Counted from the stretch's first letter, positions 1 through 7,029 are shown. The stretch: DNA of 21,072 bases from a virus (IMGVR_UViG_2648501437_000019:1-21072), one strand, 5' to 3'. Notes: generated from the letters alone by a model not told the origin. Numbers and translations: made by a program.

Positions 1-84
1 CACGAATATAATGGTGGGTTACCCCCAAACGAATCGGAAAATCGATACTGGAAAAACTCTAACGCGGTGGCCAGTTTTTGTTGA
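1..84 (+). CDS. IS3-family transposase OrfB, C-terminal fragment (partial, window-truncated)
   Basis: Frame 1 translates to [27 protein letters not shown] then TGA at 82-84, identical to the C-terminus of the minus-strand transposase ORF at 20594-21072. Confidence 0.85.
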   Translation, partial: HEYNGGLPPNESENRYWKNSNAVASFC

Positions 85-92
85 CCACTTCA
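1..92 (+). mobile_element. IS3-family insertion sequence (IS911-like), 3' portion with terminal inverted repeat; 5' part lies outside the window
   Basis: Bases 1-95 are the exact reverse complement of 20583-20677. Terminus ...CCACTTCA at 92 matches the TGAAGTGG... end that I recall for IS911 (from memory, not searched). Contains the transposase 3' end. Confidence 0.8.
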
Positions 93-770
93 ATTCTACC
101 TTTCGCGCCCATTCAGGTTACTGTGCCTGGTTTTTCTTGGAAGCGTGCGATTGACAAAGAGGTGCTAAGAGTTCACATCAAGACTCTCCAGCAATTGCGT
201 GAAATTTCAGTCTCACATAGAGACATTGCTGTAATCTTAGAACACATAAACAATAATCGTGACCGCACAATTCTCGATCCATCGCATTTGGAGGACGAGA
301 TAAGTAAGACCTATAAGCTTACTAGTTTTGTGATGGGCAATTACATTGAGTTTCAGACAAAAACGGTTAGCGACAGAGCATACGGGGAAGCTAAGTTTCT
401 GGCATTTGCAGCACTTTTGTTGTTCGTGTCAGATTGGGACCTCAACATTGCTATTGGTAAGTTTTCTAAGATTGCCAGAGTGAAGGAGGTTGATGACATG
501 CTGGCTGGTAATTTCATTGGTCTTAATCCTTACTTCCGATACGACCTGGCTAATGCAGTGAAGAGATTGCAGGATAACTGGCCGATTGAATACCAAGAGT
601 TGGAGCATTGGAATGTTGAGAAATCCATGCGTGACGCATATGAAAAGTGGCGTGCGACAGAGCCTGAATTCGCTCCACCCCTATTGCCAGACTTGTATAT
701 TGCCAAACATGAGAAAGAAGTCGCACAAGACGAGCAAGTCAGGCAGTGGATTAAGAACGGGGATGTTTGA
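78..770 (+). CDS. hypothetical protein; start uncertain, possibly 5'-truncated by the IS insertion
   Basis: 693-nt ORF whose first 15 nt lie inside the IS (junction at 92/93). The listed start at 78 is TTG; first in-frame candidates after the junction are GTG at 123 and ATG at 333, neither with a convincing SD. No recognisable motifs. Confidence 0.45.
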   Translation: MLTTSILPFAPIQVTVPGFSWKRAIDKEVLRVHIKTLQQLREISVSHRDIAVILEHINNNRDRTILDPSHLEDEISKTYKLTSFVMGNYIEFQTKTVSDRAYGEAKFLAFAALLLFVSDWDLNIAIGKFSKIARVKEVDDMLAGNFIGLNPYFRYDLANAVKRLQDNWPIEYQELEHWNVEKSMRDAYEKWRATEPEFAPPLLPDLYIAKHEKEVAQDEQVRQWIKNGDV

Positions 771-899
771 GTGTAATTAGCTTAATCAATCAGTTGATAA
801 TGGCGGTCACAATTTGATTCTTTTCTATAAGAATCCGTTGATCGCCACTACTCTTCTTCCATACCTGCAATCACACCTTTAAATATCAATAGGTTAGCG

Positions 900-1660
900 T
901 TGTTTATACCAATAAGAAAACAACTAAATAACAGATCAACGAAACGTCAACGCTTTCACCCGATTTGGTCTAAAAAATTGACGTTTTCACACATCACTGC
1001 TTATACCCGTAACTCTACGCAGCAGACAGCGCCACAGAGTCCAATTTTCACCACAGACGACTCAACACACTACCAACAAAAACACACGCTCAAAATCGCT
1101 CCCGCTGCGTTACACAACCATATAAACAACATATTTTCAGGTATAACAAAACAACTAAATAACACATATGCCATTCCCCAAAACAACCAACCTCTTTATG
1201 GCAGGCTACCGAAAAGACCCACCTCTTCTCCCCAGGCTACTGGACAACCAACCTAACTTTCACAGGCAATCCGAAAACATTCATACGCGCGATACCCACG
1301 ACACGCCATTCCCCAAACAGCGAAGAAACACCAGAATCACTGAAACCCCAACGAAGCCTGTAACCGCAAGGATTCTCTCAATCCCAAAAGACTCGAAGCA
1401 TAACAATCACGGGAAACGCCATTACCCAATACACGAATAACTACAAAAGCCTTTCACACACTCCAGACAAACAACTCAAACACAATAACGAAAGGAATCG
1501 CCCACCTGCCATTACTCCATACACGGAGAAGAACAATCACCAAAACGACGAGAACACCCCATAGAAGAACCACCGCAAAACGAACGAAACCACATACACC
1601 GACAGAGAAAACAACACACCCAATTCACCAACAGAAATAGTCGCCGTATAGAACATTCTG
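900..1660. other. G-depleted, A+C-rich non-coding tract
   Basis: The plus strand is about 77% A+C and 10% G in one hand-counted 60-nt stretch (1441-1500). The only ORFs (900-1256, 1168-1440) are low-complexity P/T/Q/N/H-rich with no SD; no minus-strand ORF of 60 aa or more. Contains a 16-bp direct repeat AAACAACTAAATAACA (about 917-932 and 1148-1163). Confidence 0.6.
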
Positions 1661-1752
1661 GAAGGAGTGAGCATTAACGCCTATAGAGAGGTTGAGACAG
1701 ATAAAACACAACATGTATAGCGAAGAAGCCAGGTATGTATAAGTGGGGAGGG

Positions 1753-1777
1753 AAGGAGGGGTGTCGCCTCCTTTTTC
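1753..1777 (+). terminator. putative intrinsic terminator
   Basis: Hairpin AAGGAGG (1753-1759), loop GGTGTCG, CCTCCTT (1767-1773), running into TTTTT (1772-1776). Confidence 0.5.
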
Positions 1778-1840
1778 GTATTTATTCAACTCCTGATTTT
1801 ATCCCCCCGTAACACCCCTACGGTCAGCCTTCGGTCCATA

Positions 1841-1976
1841 CAGGGAAAAGGCTGCATCCCGCTACAGAAACGGCTGGGTTGCCTTCGGGGAACGGCTGGA
1901 GGTTTTCAGGGAAACGGTCGAGTTGCCTGTGTGGATTTCGGGAAAAGGCTCGATGCCGGTTCAGGAACGGTGGCGT
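1841..1976. repeat. iteron-like array, six degenerate direct repeats of GGRAAMGG-CTG with 21-23 bp spacing
   Basis: CAGGGAAAAGGCTGCAT 1841-1857; AGAAACGGCTGGG 1866-1878; CGGGGAACGGCTGGA 1886-1900; CAGGGAAACGGTCGA 1907-1921; CGGGAAAAGGCTCGA 1939-1953; CAGGAACGGTGGCG 1962-1975. The AACGG/AAAGG cores sit at 1847, 1868, 1891, 1913, 1945 and 1966. Confidence 0.6.
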
Positions 1977-2285
1977 ACCGGTATAGCGAGAGGGAGAGTT
2001 GCGGCTACCCACCTGTAATGTGCGGGAAGAAGAGAGGCGCTCACGTAGGCGGACTTGCTTACCGCTGGATTCCCTCTGAATGCCCAGCTACAGCGTAATT
2101 GTGCCAGACAGCCAACGGGTCACAATCGATTTCAGTAGGTTTTCGGGGAGAGGATTATTCTGCCCACCAGCCACCTTCGGCCACTAAATCAGAATAATGT
2201 AAAAAGTATACTCGGTACTGAACCTGAAAACTCACTGCCAAAACCATATTCACCGGAATAAAATCCTTTTTCGCCTGTGCGTTAT

Positions 2286-2294
2286 TGCGATAAT
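2286..2294 (+). promoter_or_regulatory. candidate extended -10 promoter element (TGcGATAAT) upstream of the 2333 gene
   Basis: TGCGATAAT lies about 38 nt upstream of the ATG at 2333; no good -35. Sequence pattern only. Confidence 0.3.
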
Positions 2295-2332
2295 AACACC
2301 ATCAAGAAAACATGTTGTTTAAGGATTGCTTT

Positions 2333-2662
2333 ATGTTTGCAAATATCGACATCAACCAAATCAAGAAATTAACTCAAAAAGAGTTTGATCAGTTTTATGA
2401 GTTAGAAGGTTGGTCTTCCACTCTGATCAATTCAAGATGGGTGCTGGAACTGATGACTCGTGATGACGCACCTGCTTTGATAATTTGCGACATGGGTGAA
2501 GATGCTGACTTTATGGATATGAGCGAATTTTGTGTGGACACATACAACCGCAGCCAGAAGTACTACTTCACATGCGATAGCGAAAATGACGTGATTTCTA
2601 AGGTCTATCTTCACCTCGTCCAGCATTGGGACGTTCAGGAGTTTCTTGAAGTATTCGAGTAA
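2333..2662 (+). CDS. small acidic hypothetical protein (109 aa)
   Basis: ATG at 2333 preceded by AAGGAT SD; the upstream ATG at 2312 has no SD. About 22 D+E against about 8 K+R. Followed by a hairpin. Confidence 0.6.
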   Translation: MFANIDINQIKKLTQKEFDQFYELEGWSSTLINSRWVLELMTRDDAPALIICDMGEDADFMDMSEFCVDTYNRSQKYYFTCDSENDVISKVYLHLVQHWDVQEFLEVFE

Positions 2663-2671
2663 CCCCAACCA

Positions 2672-2698
2672 AAGCCAGCAATGCTGGCTTAATTTCTC
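2672..2698 (+). terminator. putative intrinsic terminator
   Basis: AAGCCAGC (2672-2679), loop AAT, GCTGGCTT (2683-2690), then AATTTCTC. Confidence 0.45.
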
Positions 2699-2815
2699 TA
2701 TAGCCGCAGGGAAGAACCTGCATATCGCTCATGCACCTGATCAATATGCTTTGTAGCCGTTTTCTTACTGGTATTATTTACGCCATTGAGAAAACAAGTT
2801 GTTTACGGAGTTGTA

Positions 2816-3127
2816 ATGAAAAAATCATTGGTTCTTGGTCTGGACAAAGACCAGAAGAGAAAAGAGAAGCCTGCGCTGGTTGCTCAATTAACTTTGCTGG
2901 ACATCGTTGCCAATGGAACCTCTATTCGTCTGTTCCGTGAAACAGCGGTGTCTTTCGATAAAAACACCTTTACTCGTTATGTAATGAATGTTCGTCGCCA
3001 GCGTGGAAAAGGCTGGGTGGCATTTCAAAGAATGTGGCCGGAACATCAGCTCGAACTGGCTTTGATGGAAGTTAACCGCGTGGCCCAGCAAGAGATTCAG
3101 AGAGCATCAGTGATGGCAATAGCCTGA
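2816..3127 (+). CDS. hypothetical protein (103 aa)
   Basis: ATG at 2816 with ACGGAG SD 5 nt upstream (the listed ORF starts at TTG 2786). Terminator immediately downstream. Confidence 0.6.
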   Translation: MKKSLVLGLDKDQKRKEKPALVAQLTLLDIVANGTSIRLFRETAVSFDKNTFTRYVMNVRRQRGKGWVAFQRMWPEHQLELALMEVNRVAQQEIQRASVMAIA

Positions 3128-3161
3128 TAATGTGCAAGTGGCAATTAGTCGACAGTACGAC

Positions 3162-3190
3162 AGCCCCGCCATCCTTACGGGGCTTTTTTG
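3162..3190 (+). terminator. intrinsic terminator
   Basis: AGCCCCG (3162-3168), 9-nt loop, CGGGGCT (3178-3184), followed by TTTTTT. Confidence 0.7.
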
Positions 3191-3253
3191 TATTGTAAGT
3201 ACATACTTACGATCATAGAATATAAAAATAACCAATACACTACGGAGAGTGAA

Positions 3254-3649
3254 ATGACCGTTAAACGCGAAAAACTGACAGTTGATGTTTACTATGCCTC
3301 TGAAACCGCCGAAGGTAAGAATGTGGCAAAAATCACCGTTGTTACGTACAACACCGAAACTGGTGCCGAAGTCCAGGCCAGTACGATCGTGCGTAAAGGT
3401 GATGCCTCCGGCGGCGAGTACGCGACTCAATACCAGTCCATTCTCGATGCAACTGACCCGCTGCTGCTGAAAATCGAGAACTACTTCCGCCAGGTTGATG
3501 AAGAGGTGTTTGAAACCATGATGAATATGGTTAACACCGTATTCGCCTCCAGCCTGAATACCAACACTACCTGGATTGGTCAGTACGGCCTGCGCATTAC
3601 CTCTGGCATTCCTGCCGACACCTTAATCCCTGAAAGCGTATTCGCTTAA
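3254..3649 (+). CDS. hypothetical protein (131 aa)
   Basis: ATG at 3254 with GGAGAG SD at 3244-3249; the listed ORF start at 3188 lies in the upstream terminator region. Confidence 0.65.
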   Translation: MTVKREKLTVDVYYASETAEGKNVAKITVVTYNTETGAEVQASTIVRKGDASGGEYATQYQSILDATDPLLLKIENYFRQVDEEVFETMMNMVNTVFASSLNTNTTWIGQYGLRITSGIPADTLIPESVFA

Positions 3650-3657
3650 TCCTCTTT

Positions 3658-3686
3658 AAATGGCGCGTAAACCGCGCCATTTTATT
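3658..3686 (+). terminator. intrinsic terminator
   Basis: AAATGGCGCG (3658-3667), loop TAAAC, CGCGCCATTT (3673-3682), then TTTTATT. Confidence 0.7.
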
Positions 3687-3766
3687 AAGCCCGATAACAA
3701 TTTGTTTTCTGCCTTATCTGATTTGTGAAAATGATTTCACTGAAGCAACTTAATAAGGAAACCATC

Positions 3767-4141
3767 ATGGGACTTGATATCTATATCGAGACACAGCCTA
3801 AAAACGATCTGAATAACGAGGCATCCAGAAAGCAGGTTGCTTACTTCCGTAAGTTCAATGCGCTCGTTGGGTGGATGGAGCGCAACGTAGGTGAAGTCGA
3901 AAATTGTGAGCTTTTAGAATTAACGATGAATGACATTTGTTTTCTGAAGGCTCATTTGATGCACATAAACGAAAGTAATTGCGAAGAGTACTTGCCTACC
4001 CGGGAAGGTTTTTTCTTCGGCAGTCAGGAGTACGATGAAGGTTACTGGCATGATGTGGGGCAGTTGAAAGAGCTTGTGGAAGATCTGATTAAGAACCACG
4101 ACTTTCACAATAACAGACTGACCTTCTGCGCCTGGTGGTAA
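3767..4141 (+). CDS. hypothetical protein (124 aa), acidic
   Basis: ATG at 3767 with AAGGA SD at 3755-3759 (the listed ORF starts at GTG 3725). Confidence 0.6.
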   Translation: MGLDIYIETQPKNDLNNEASRKQVAYFRKFNALVGWMERNVGEVENCELLELTMNDICFLKAHLMHINESNCEEYLPTREGFFFGSQEYDEGYWHDVGQLKELVEDLIKNHDFHNNRLTFCAWW

Positions 4142-4143
4142 AT

Positions 4144-4287
4144 ATGGGCGATTTCAAGAAACGCCTGAAGGAAAGAGCCGAGATGGTCAGAAAGCAAAAC
4201 GCCTCTTCTGTCATCAGATACGCAAGGCAGTTTAGTCGCAACAACAAATCAGTTGAGGAAAAGATCCTTAGCGTAATCGTGCGATAA
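4144..4287 (+). CDS. candidate small basic protein (47 aa), not in the ORF track
   Basis: ATG at 4144, 2 nt after the stop of the 3767-4141 gene, so tightly coupled. Translation MGDFKKRLKERAEMVRKQNASSVIRYARQFSRNNKSVEEKILSVIVR, stop TAA 4285-4287, followed by a hairpin (4291-4318). Confidence 0.35.
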   Translation: MGDFKKRLKERAEMVRKQNASSVIRYARQFSRNNKSVEEKILSVIVR

Positions 4288-4491
4288 TTATTAAGGCCAT
4301 CAGCATTGGTGGCCTTAAATGACCATCTTGTTTCCCGCAGGCTAAAAACACCAACCTCTTACCTCCAGGCAACCGACAAACCCACCTGTTCCCGTCCGGC
4401 TACCGCAACTTTCCACTTTGACGCCTTATTCGTACAACGATAATTAACACCAACAAGAAAACAATTTGTTATTTACGATAAGGAATTAATC

Positions 4492-4974
4492 ATGAATTTT
4501 ATCGCTACTGTAAACGCACCCGCACATGGCAATATCGCTGTAACGTTCTCTGACATTGAAAAACGAGTACTTGGTGCATGGCGCGACAATGAGACGGTAG
4601 AACTGTCAGCACAAGAAAAATGCATTATTGCACGCGACATCATTGGCAATCGTCGTTACTCGCGGGTATTTGAGAAAGCGTATGTGGTAAATTCTGGATT
4701 CGGAACGTTCGTCTTTCCGGTGCGCTCCGGGCGATTCTGCCAGTCCAAGCTGATTGAGTTCGCTACGCAGATTTCTGTCTGGATTAAAACTCAATCGTCG
4801 TTCAAATTTTCCGACGATGAAGCAGTATCGCAGGGGATGCGGATCGCCAACAATGCAATTAAATGCAAAAACATTACGTATACCGCTGGCGTTGATACAT
4901 GGAAACTGTTTTGCGCTAACTTTATGCTGAATGTATACGCAAGCAACCGCATCCACATCCTTGATGGCGTGTAA
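4492..4974 (+). CDS. hypothetical protein (160 aa)
   Basis: ATG at 4492 with AAGGAATTAATC-ATG SD; followed by a hairpin. Confidence 0.65.
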   Translation: MNFIATVNAPAHGNIAVTFSDIEKRVLGAWRDNETVELSAQEKCIIARDIIGNRRYSRVFEKAYVVNSGFGTFVFPVRSGRFCQSKLIEFATQISVWIKTQSSFKFSDDEAVSQGMRIANNAIKCKNITYTAGVDTWKLFCANFMLNVYASNRIHILDGV

Positions 4975-4982
4975 CTGAGAAG

Positions 4983-5008
4983 AGGGCCAGAAACGGCCCT
5001 TTCTCTAT
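4983..5008 (+). terminator. putative intrinsic terminator
   Basis: AGGGCC (4983-4988), loop AGAAAC, GGCCCT (4995-5000), then TTCTCTAT. The 13-mer TTTCTCTATAGCC after it also follows the 2672-2690 hairpin (2693-2705). Confidence 0.5.
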
Positions 5009-5023
5009 AGCCACCAGCTGCCG

Positions 5024-5105
5024 CAGGGAAATTTTCAGAAGCGGCGAGGAACGTATTCATGAGCCGACGGGGAACGGCCAGGATTTTTTCGGGAAACGGC
5101 TGCAT
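5024..5105. repeat. second iteron-like array, same repeat family as 1841-1976
   Basis: CAGGGAAATTTT 5024-5035; CGAGGAACGTATT 5045-5057; CGGGGAACGGCCA 5068-5080; CGGGAAACGGCTGCAT 5090-5105. Cores about 21-24 bp apart. Confidence 0.55.
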
Positions 5106-5230
5106 TTGCCTTTGTGTAGAAAAAAACATCGGGAAGCTGGTGGAATCCAACCAGCGGTTGTCGGACAGGTGAGCGGGGAAAATTATGATGACTTTCGTCA
5201 CCTGAGACATCCAGATTTCTTTCGTAGCAT

Positions 5231-5273
5231 AATCACATACGTGATTAAGTGGTGTGATTATGTGAAAAATCAC
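5231..5273. promoter_or_regulatory. operator-like cluster of AATCAC/GTGATT half-sites
   Basis: AATCAC-ATAC-GTGATT palindrome at 5231-5246; further half-sites GTGATT at 5254-5259 and AATCAC at 5268-5273. Confidence 0.4.
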
Positions 5274-5504
5274 GCGCACATAATACGCGAGCGGATACGG
5301 AACAAAACAAAATGCCGATCCGCGCCGACAAATAAACGCGGATCATAAAGCAAGACTAAAAGCCAATGATTAACTATGCGCTATAACGCGTTTTAAGCGC
5401 GTTAATGTGTTAAGTAATGGGTATGTACTGGCAAGGATATAAAAGCGCGTCTATGGCGTTATTTTGGCGCTTATTTTTATGTTGTTGGAGTGAGTTAAAG
5501 ACAA

Positions 5505-5530
5505 TAAAAAACGCGCCATCAATGGCGCGT
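5505..5530 (-). terminator. intrinsic terminator, minus strand
   Basis: GC-rich palindrome ACGCGCCAT/ATGGCGCGT (5511-5530) preceded on the plus strand by AAAAAA, which is a U-run after the hairpin on the minus strand. Confidence 0.55.
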
Positions 5531-5551
5531 TATTGTGGAAGTATTGGAAAC

Positions 5552-5576
5552 GAAAAAAGCGCCCATAGTGGGCGCT
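5552..5576 (-). terminator. intrinsic terminator, minus strand (possibly bidirectional)
   Basis: AGCGCCCA-TAG-TGGGCGCT (5558-5576), flanked by AAAAAA on the plus-strand 5' side and CGATTTTATTTG on the 3' side. Lies just downstream of the stop at 5582 on the minus strand. Confidence 0.6.
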
Positions 5577-5581
5577 CGATT

Positions 5582-5812
5582 TTATTTGTGTAAACTGATT
5601 TTAAATCCCATTTCTACGAACGCTTTTAACATTAAAAATATATCAGCGTCGTTCACGTCTGCTTTTTTTCGCTCCTGGTCGCTCAATAAGTCAATTTTGC
5701 GCGTCGTTTCATCTATAAGCTCGACTACGCGCCCAGCGTAACCAGCGATCCCAGCGATGCGATTAACATAATATTCATTATGGACGTTAACGCCAGCGAT
5801 AAGAACAAACAT
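5582..5812 (-). CDS. small hypothetical protein (76 aa)
   Basis: ATG at 5812 preceded on the minus strand by AAGGAG 8 nt upstream; terminator downstream. Confidence 0.55.
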   Translation of the reverse strand: MFVLIAGVNVHNEYYVNRIAGIAGYAGRVVELIDETTRKIDLLSDQERKKADVNDADIFLMLKAFVEMGFKISLHK

Positions 5813-5832
5813 GATTAAGCTCCTTAAAAAAA

Positions 5833-6036
5833 TTAAATAGAATTTTGAAGTTTTCCGATTAATGCGCTTAAACGTAAGTATTCACGTTTGCGCTTGCAAT
5901 CTCGCTTGCTGTTAAGCAAATCAGAAAACGTAAAATTTAATTGGTCGCGTTGCGCGATTAAATCATCGATTAATTCTAGTTTATAAGCGCGATACTTTGC
6001 GCGATATTCCGCGCGGATCTTGTCATAGCTGACCAT
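5833..6036 (-). CDS. small basic hypothetical protein (67 aa)
   Basis: ATG at 6036 preceded by AAAGGAG about 9 nt upstream on the minus strand. Confidence 0.55.
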   Translation of the reverse strand: MVSYDKIRAEYRAKYRAYKLELIDDLIAQRDQLNFTFSDLLNSKRDCKRKREYLRLSALIGKLQNSI

Positions 6037-6054
6037 TTTTCAAAGCTCCTTTAA

Positions 6055-6073
6055 AGCGCCCATAGTGGGCGCT
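6055..6073. repeat. second exact copy of the 19-bp palindrome AGCGCCCATAGTGGGCGCT
   Basis: Identical to 5558-5576; with flanks about 25 bp match with one mismatch. Confidence 0.55.
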
Positions 6074-6085
6074 TGATTCCATTAA

Positions 6086-6736
6086 TTACGCTTTGAAAGC
6101 ATCAGCTAAATAATTGTAGAAATCATTTTTAATGAAGCGATATTGCTGAGTACCAGCTTTTGCACTCCCAGCTCCTTTGACTTTTTCAACAAGTCCAAGA
6201 CGTTCGCAAAGATTGATCAACTGGTTGGCTTGAGTATAGCCAGCGTCCAATTTAATTTCACACGCTTTTTTAGCTTCATTCATTAAATCGAAAACAGCGC
6301 CATTGGTGAACGTGTCGATCTCGTCGTTAATCATATCGATTAAAGCGAATACACGAGATCCTGACATATCAGCGACGGAATAAACACATTTACCAGCTTT
6401 AATGGATTTAACCAGATAAACCAGTTTTTCCAGTGAATAACTATTAGTCATTGCATCACGGAAAAATACTTCTGGCGCTTGTTTGCTTGCTTTAATCGCA
6501 TAGTAGAAAACAGAGCATAATTTTTCGTCTTCTACTGCGTTTACGACGTTGTTGATGAAGTAAGCAAGTTTAGTGGTCGCAGCTTGCATATTTGCTTTGT
6601 CTGCTTTAGTGTGCGTACCATTTTTATAATGTTCGTTATATGTTTGAGTTGCCAGATCTGCTTTTTCGCGCAGCTCGTCGGATACAATAGATGCAGCTTC
6701 AATGATGGACTTTTTAGAAATGATAATGTTAGCCAT
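6086..6736 (-). CDS. hypothetical protein (216 aa)
   Basis: ATG at 6736 (MANIIISKK...) with AAGGA SD 7 nt upstream on the minus strand; the listed ORF start at 6811 lacks an SD. Confidence 0.65.
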   Translation of the reverse strand: MANIIISKKSIIEAASIVSDELREKADLATQTYNEHYKNGTHTKADKANMQAATTKLAYFINNVVNAVEDEKLCSVFYYAIKASKQAPEVFFRDAMTNSYSLEKLVYLVKSIKAGKCVYSVADMSGSRVFALIDMINDEIDTFTNGAVFDLMNEAKKACEIKLDAGYTQANQLINLCERLGLVEKVKGAGSAKAGTQQYRFIKNDFYNYLADAFKA

Positions 6737-6984
6737 GATAATATCCTTACGAAAAATTAAAATGAATTTATTTTTTACTGTCGTTAGCCAGCTCGCTTTC
6801 GACGAGTTCAATTATCGATACGTGAAAAAAGATTGCAAGTGTTTTTTTAAATTTTTTGCAGGGGTGAAAGCCCTAGAAATAAAAGAGAGAGCGTCGAAGG
6901 TGTTCCCTAAATAAATAATCAATTCGGGCCTTTAACCTTATATATTTATACGGGGTGGCATTGAAAGAGTTTTAAATGAATGGC

Positions 6985-7017
6985 ATGTAAAATAATAACC
7001 GGACTTAGCCGGTTATT
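6985..7017 (-). terminator. putative terminator, minus strand
   Basis: AATAACCGG (6994-7002), loop ACTTAG, CCGGTTATT (7009-7017), followed on the minus strand by an A/U-rich stretch. Confidence 0.4.
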
Positions 7018-7029
7018 ACCCTTATAGAT

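Noticed and set aside
93-95. Identical 3-bp flank (ATT reading outward) next to both IS right ends as a target-site duplication
   Set aside because: Both junctions are right ends of different, inverted copies, so a shared flank is not the geometry of a single-insertion duplication; 3 bp of identity is compatible with chance.
900-1440. Plus-strand ORFs 900-1256 (118 aa) and 1168-1440 (90 aa)
   Set aside because: Low-complexity P/T/Q/N/H-rich translations produced by an A+C-rich, stop-poor strand; no SD, no recognisable domains. Treated as non-coding.
1841-1976. Possibility that the periodic repeats are a CRISPR array
   Set aside because: Repeats are degenerate and short, and the period is about 22 bp including the repeat, so there is no room for spacers; no cas genes or leader.
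2040-2110. Possible tRNA in the gene-free region
   Set aside because: No T-loop-like GTTCRANYC motif and no cloverleaf-compatible inverted repeats seen by eye; cannot be excluded without tRNAscan-type analysis.
586-4108. ORFs 586-780(+), 1824-2012(-), 2432-2668(-), 2731-2940(+), 2888-3091(-), 3107-3430(-), 3282-3470(+) and 3920-4108(-)
   Set aside because: Overlap better-supported genes or lie across the iteron and terminator sequences; no SD.
4291-4318. Hairpin TTAAGGCCA...TGGCCTTAA as an intrinsic terminator
   Set aside because: Good stem but no T-run after it; possibly an RNA-stabilising or processing structure, not called as a terminator.
5252-5273. CRP-like site TGTGA...TCAC
   Set aside because: The spacing between half-sites is 4 or 12 nt, not the 6 nt of the CRP consensus TGTGA-N6-TCACA.
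4606-5348. ORFs 4606-4956(-), 4791-5279(-) and 5106-5348(+)
   Set aside because: Antisense to the well-supported 4492-4974 gene, or spanning the terminator and iteron region; no SD. Treated as shadow ORFs.
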